The notes below the pieces were generated by a model. It was not told the origin of the DNA, did not search any database, and saw only the letters and a list, made by a program, of their open reading frames with translations. Source: Ignavibacteria bacterium RIFOXYC2_FULL_35_21 (GTDB lineage: Bacteria > Bacteroidota > Ignavibacteria > Kapaibacteriales > UBA2268). Taken from it: DNA of 64,000 nt. The DNA lies in contig MHAY01000005.1 in NCBI GenBank assembly GCA_001804705.1, positions 11,433-75,432 of the forward strand. Reading direction: 5' to 3'. The position numbers and the translations under genes are program-made. Of this stretch, positions 60,871-64,000 are shown piece after piece (within the stretch, counting starts at the first letter, position 1; the number at the start of each line of letters is the position of its first letter).

Positions 60871-61536
60871 TCACCTCACATACATCACTCTCTTCGTTAA
60901 TACTTTTTCTCTTGCAATGAAGCGAAGCAGATACATTCCACTTGGCTCTAATGACATATCAAAAGAAAACTGAGACCAGCCCTCTACGTTCTGCAAATGT
61001 GAAATTATTTTCCCTTCCAAACTGCAAAGCAAAACAGATTGCACATCAATCTCTGCTTTCTTAGTTATAAGAAGTGTGCTTCCCATTTGTTGTGTGTAAA
61101 AATAATTATCAGCTTCTTCGTAGGTTTTATGGTCGCTGCTTTGTTCTGTGTAATCTTCAAGTATAGCTTTTGATATTTGATTGTCGTAATATAGTTTGTG
61201 TGTGTATTTGAAACTGTTTGTGTCATAAATGAGAATTGTGAAATTCTTAGCTGCGATACTGCCTTGAGTGAGATATGCTGATTGATTTTCATTAATTTCA
61301 TTAACTGAATTTATTGATAAAGAAAATGCAACCGGTTGATTCACACAACCATTATGAATAAGAATATCATAAATATTGTCGCTATTTGCATCGATGAGCC
61401 AAATTTTTGTTCCCAAATCGCAATTATCAGATGAATTTAATAATGACAAGGATAGTGGCTGCTTAGCAAACAAATGTGATAAGCAAATTGAAAAAATAAA
61501 TAATATTAAGAATTTCGTTTTCATAAAAAACCTCAT
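60871..61536 (-). CDS. Small secreted protein with T9SS-type C-terminal domain, paralog of 55098..55757
   Basis: Near-identical C-terminal ~85 aa (TYEEADNYFYTQQMGSTLLITKKAEIDVQSVLLCSL...). Confidence 0.78.
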   Translation of the reverse strand: MRFFMKTKFLILFIFSICLSHLFAKQPLSLSLLNSSDNCDLGTKIWLIDANSDNIYDILIHNGCVNQPVAFSLSINSVNEINENQSAYLTQGSIAAKNFTILIYDTNSFKYTHKLYYDNQISKAILEDYTEQSSDHKTYEEADNYFYTQQMGSTLLITKKAEIDVQSVLLCSLEGKIISHLQNVEGWSQFSFDMSLEPSGMYLLRFIAREKVLTKRVMYVR

Positions 61537-61541
61537 ATAAA

Positions 61542-63635
61542 CTATTTTACCAAAACAAAAGATTTAGAATAAATACCCTGCCTGTCCTGTAACACAATAT
61601 AATATACACCGCTTGTCAACGATGATAAATTCAGTTCTAATACTTTATTTCCATAAATTAGCTGTGCAGACCTTGTTAAATCAGCAAGCTCAATACCCAT
61701 TGAATTGTATAATTTTAGACCTAAAACATTAAATGGTTCAAAATTAAATCGTATAATACACCTTTCTGATGCAGGATTGGGGAATATGGACAGTCCAACT
61801 TTGTTTAGGTTTGGATAAAAATCATTTACACCAACCGTTAACACAGTTGTAAAGGCATAAACACCATTACCGGACGATGTGTCATTATTTTTAGACTGAA
61901 GATAAACCCAGTAAGTTGTATTTGGTTCAAGAAGTGTTGAATCAAGCAGGTAAAAGTTTACTACTATATTTGTATCTGTTTTAATTAACACAGGAATCGG
62001 TGGATAAGGAGGATTTGGATTTAATATTTTATAAAGAATCATAACATATTTTGTTGCTCCCGGTACACTGTCCCATCGTAATGTTGTATTAACAGGAATG
62101 CCTGAATCATTCAGAGCCGGATAAGTTAATAATGGAGGATAGAGAGCACCTTCGTGAGTTATCGTCCAAAATAAAGGATATTCAAAAGACCAATCACTTT
62201 CCGTGGTGTCGGCAATTGCTTTTATCCAGCAATTATAATAAGAATTGTAATTGAGATTGTTCAGGACAATTGTAGTATCTGAAATTAATGTATCTAAATC
62301 GGGATTATCGAAACTTGCAAGCCCTGTCTCATTAATTGCTCCCGATATCCTAAACCTATATTTCTTGGCATTGTTTATAGATGTCCAACTTAATTGGACA
62401 TTATTCACAGTTTTATATTGGCGATTCACAGGACTATAAAAATGTGGGGGATATAAGACTAATTTATTTTCTGTTATTAGAACAAAATTTTGTTTAGCTA
62501 AAGCCACTGCAAAATCTATTGAAGGGTAGATAATACCAGCAAAACCCTCTTGATCTTGGGAAATGTCGGGATAATTTTCTGAAAAAGGGAATAATTCCTG
62601 CACCCAAGATTCCCCTCCGTCATTTGTTTTAAAAATCGAACCCCAAAATTCAGTTAAAAATCCGTTTAATGAATCGCAAAAATCAATATCCGAATACTTA
62701 TAAGTCGTATTTCTAAAATGAATTTTAAACTGTAAATTTATATTGTCAATTACACGCCAGTTTTCACCACCATCGTTTGATTTTAATATGTGATGAGTTT
62801 CTTTAGTATTATCATTATATCGTCCAAAGCCAATTATCTTATCTTTTGTTAAGAATTTATATCCTTGTAAGATATAATTTTCTAATTTATAATTTTGCCA
62901 ACTTTTCCCTCCGTCTGATGAACGATAGAAAATAGTATTGCGGTCTTCGACTTTTTTACAAGCTAATATTTCTGGAGAAAAAGCTTTCAATTTATATACA
63001 TCTTCTGGTAAAGGTAAACTATTATAAGTTTTCCAGCAATCATTTGTTATACGTAAACTATCATGGAGAGTATCTTTTCTGTTAAAGTAATTGTCATGTT
63101 CATATTTTATCATAACACCATTTATTGAATCGAACATGATTACAGAGCCTAAAGTTACATTTGAATCAAGAATTTTTCTTTGGAATGTATTTCCTCCGTC
63201 AGTAGAAATTATCATCAAGCTGCTATATCTATCCCATGTTGAATTTTCATAATACCCCAGATAAGTTCGGTTATATCCTACAGCGATTATCACATTCTCT
63301 GAAGGATGTGCAAGACTATTAATTTCATCAAGTCCGTAAATAGAATCATAATCAGTATAATGTCCATGAATAGTATCATAATAAATAACCTTGTGATTTT
63401 TGCCATCATTATTATAAAGTTTTATTTCAAAACTATAATAATGAAATCCACTTGGATACACCCTATCTATATTTTCCCAAATTATGAAATCATTCTTGTT
63501 ATTAACACTTATAAAGCCGTAACTCAAATCTGTTGAATCTAAATACTCCCATTTCGTTATGTTTTGGGAATAAAGCTCCGCAGAGTTGATGTTCATAATA
63601 AATGCAATGCTCATTAAGCTGAAAATTGATTTCAT
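61542..63635 (-). CDS. BNR/Asp-box (YCF48-like) propeller + FN3-like + T9SS cargo protein
   Basis: STDGGNTF, SSDGGKSW, SNDGGENW, TNDGGESW; two FN3-like units; IFPNPAS...SGVYYI. Confidence 0.82.
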   Translation of the reverse strand: MKSIFSLMSIAFIMNINSAELYSQNITKWEYLDSTDLSYGFISVNNKNDFIIWENIDRVYPSGFHYYSFEIKLYNNDGKNHKVIYYDTIHGHYTDYDSIYGLDEINSLAHPSENVIIAVGYNRTYLGYYENSTWDRYSSLMIISTDGGNTFQRKILDSNVTLGSVIMFDSINGVMIKYEHDNYFNRKDTLHDSLRITNDCWKTYNSLPLPEDVYKLKAFSPEILACKKVEDRNTIFYRSSDGGKSWQNYKLENYILQGYKFLTKDKIIGFGRYNDNTKETHHILKSNDGGENWRVIDNINLQFKIHFRNTTYKYSDIDFCDSLNGFLTEFWGSIFKTNDGGESWVQELFPFSENYPDISQDQEGFAGIIYPSIDFAVALAKQNFVLITENKLVLYPPHFYSPVNRQYKTVNNVQLSWTSINNAKKYRFRISGAINETGLASFDNPDLDTLISDTTIVLNNLNYNSYYNCWIKAIADTTESDWSFEYPLFWTITHEGALYPPLLTYPALNDSGIPVNTTLRWDSVPGATKYVMILYKILNPNPPYPPIPVLIKTDTNIVVNFYLLDSTLLEPNTTYWVYLQSKNNDTSSGNGVYAFTTVLTVGVNDFYPNLNKVGLSIFPNPASERCIIRFNFEPFNVLGLKLYNSMGIELADLTRSAQLIYGNKVLELNLSSLTSGVYYIVLQDRQGIYSKSFVLVK

Positions 63636-63741
63636 GGTATTTCTCCAATTATTTGAAATAATTTGTTATGTTTCAAAATACAATAACAATAAAAAAGATA
63701 AAATGTTACAATTGAATAAATTATTTTCTTCATGATTTTTA

Positions 63742-63777
63742 TTATCATAGGGGCCAGGCAATCCTGTCCCCTATGAT
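63742..63777. terminator. Hairpin downstream of the Cys-rich gene
   Basis: TATCATAGGGG...CCCCTATGATA inverted repeat. Confidence 0.55.
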
Positions 63778-63797
63778 ATACCACGTTCGTTTAGTTC

Positions 63798-64000
63798 TCA
63801 CTCACAATAATTAAAACAATTTTGTGGATCGTAACATGGAACTGAAGTATAACAAGATACTTTTCTTGCAACTGCTTTTAAATTACCCCCTTCATTAACA
63901 ACATTAACAGCCCAAAAGCACCAGCAACATGATGTTTCATCACAAGGTATTAAATAAGGCTGCTCACCGCCTCCAGGTCCGGGAATCGGGCCGCTCCATC
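63798..64000 (-). CDS. C-terminus of a second Cys-rich protein (runs off window end)
   Basis: Manual translation WSGPIPGPGGGEQPYLIPCDETSCCWCFWAVNVVNEGGNFKAVARKVSCYTSVPCYDPQNCFNYCE*; shares PGPG..EQ and PC(D/E)E..CC with 58673..59395. Confidence 0.75.
   Translation of the reverse strand, partial: WSGPIPGPGGGEQPYLIPCDETSCCWCFWAVNVVNEGGNLKAVARKVSCYTSVPCYDPQNCFNYCE

Noticed and set aside
55098..61160. Shared C-terminal coding repeats as DGR TR/VR
   Set aside because: Both copies are in intact genes and differ mainly at synonymous positions in both directions.

Overview
AT-rich bacterial chromosomal window. Type IX secretion (T9SS)-like C-terminal sorting domains, a barrel-fused OmpA protein and the gene content suggest an FCB-group organism, probably Ignavibacteriota/Ca. 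Kapabacteria-like (inference). In order, it contains: (1) a minus-strand Fe-S/oxidative-stress cluster (rrf2-sufBCDSU-sufT ... fdx-iscA-sod) interrupted by a four-helix-bundle gene, an FkbM methyltransferase and two paralogous kelch/Ig/T9SS proteins; (2) envelope and housekeeping genes (OmpA, C1 peptidase, DUF5723-like barrel plus lipoprotein, AmrS radical SAM, ECF sigma, rsfS, argS, a membrane pyrophosphatase); (3) a small accessory patch at 33-37 kb; (4) ABC transporter, vWA protein, pirin, tRNA-Pro(CGG); (5) a complete Wsp/ACF-type chemosensory operon ending in a hybrid histidine kinase; (6) two tandem modules of Cys-rich secreted protein plus T9SS cargo genes. The most unusual signal is intergenic: at least five REP/REPIN-like palindrome families, and 7-bp tandem arrays that sit 5' of and often in register with GTAG-type REP hairpins, flank the four-helix-bundle gene in inverted orientation, and differ in copy number between two copies of a local duplication. 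No integrase, transposase, reverse transcriptase or CRISPR array was seen. All family assignments are from motif recognition, not database searches.
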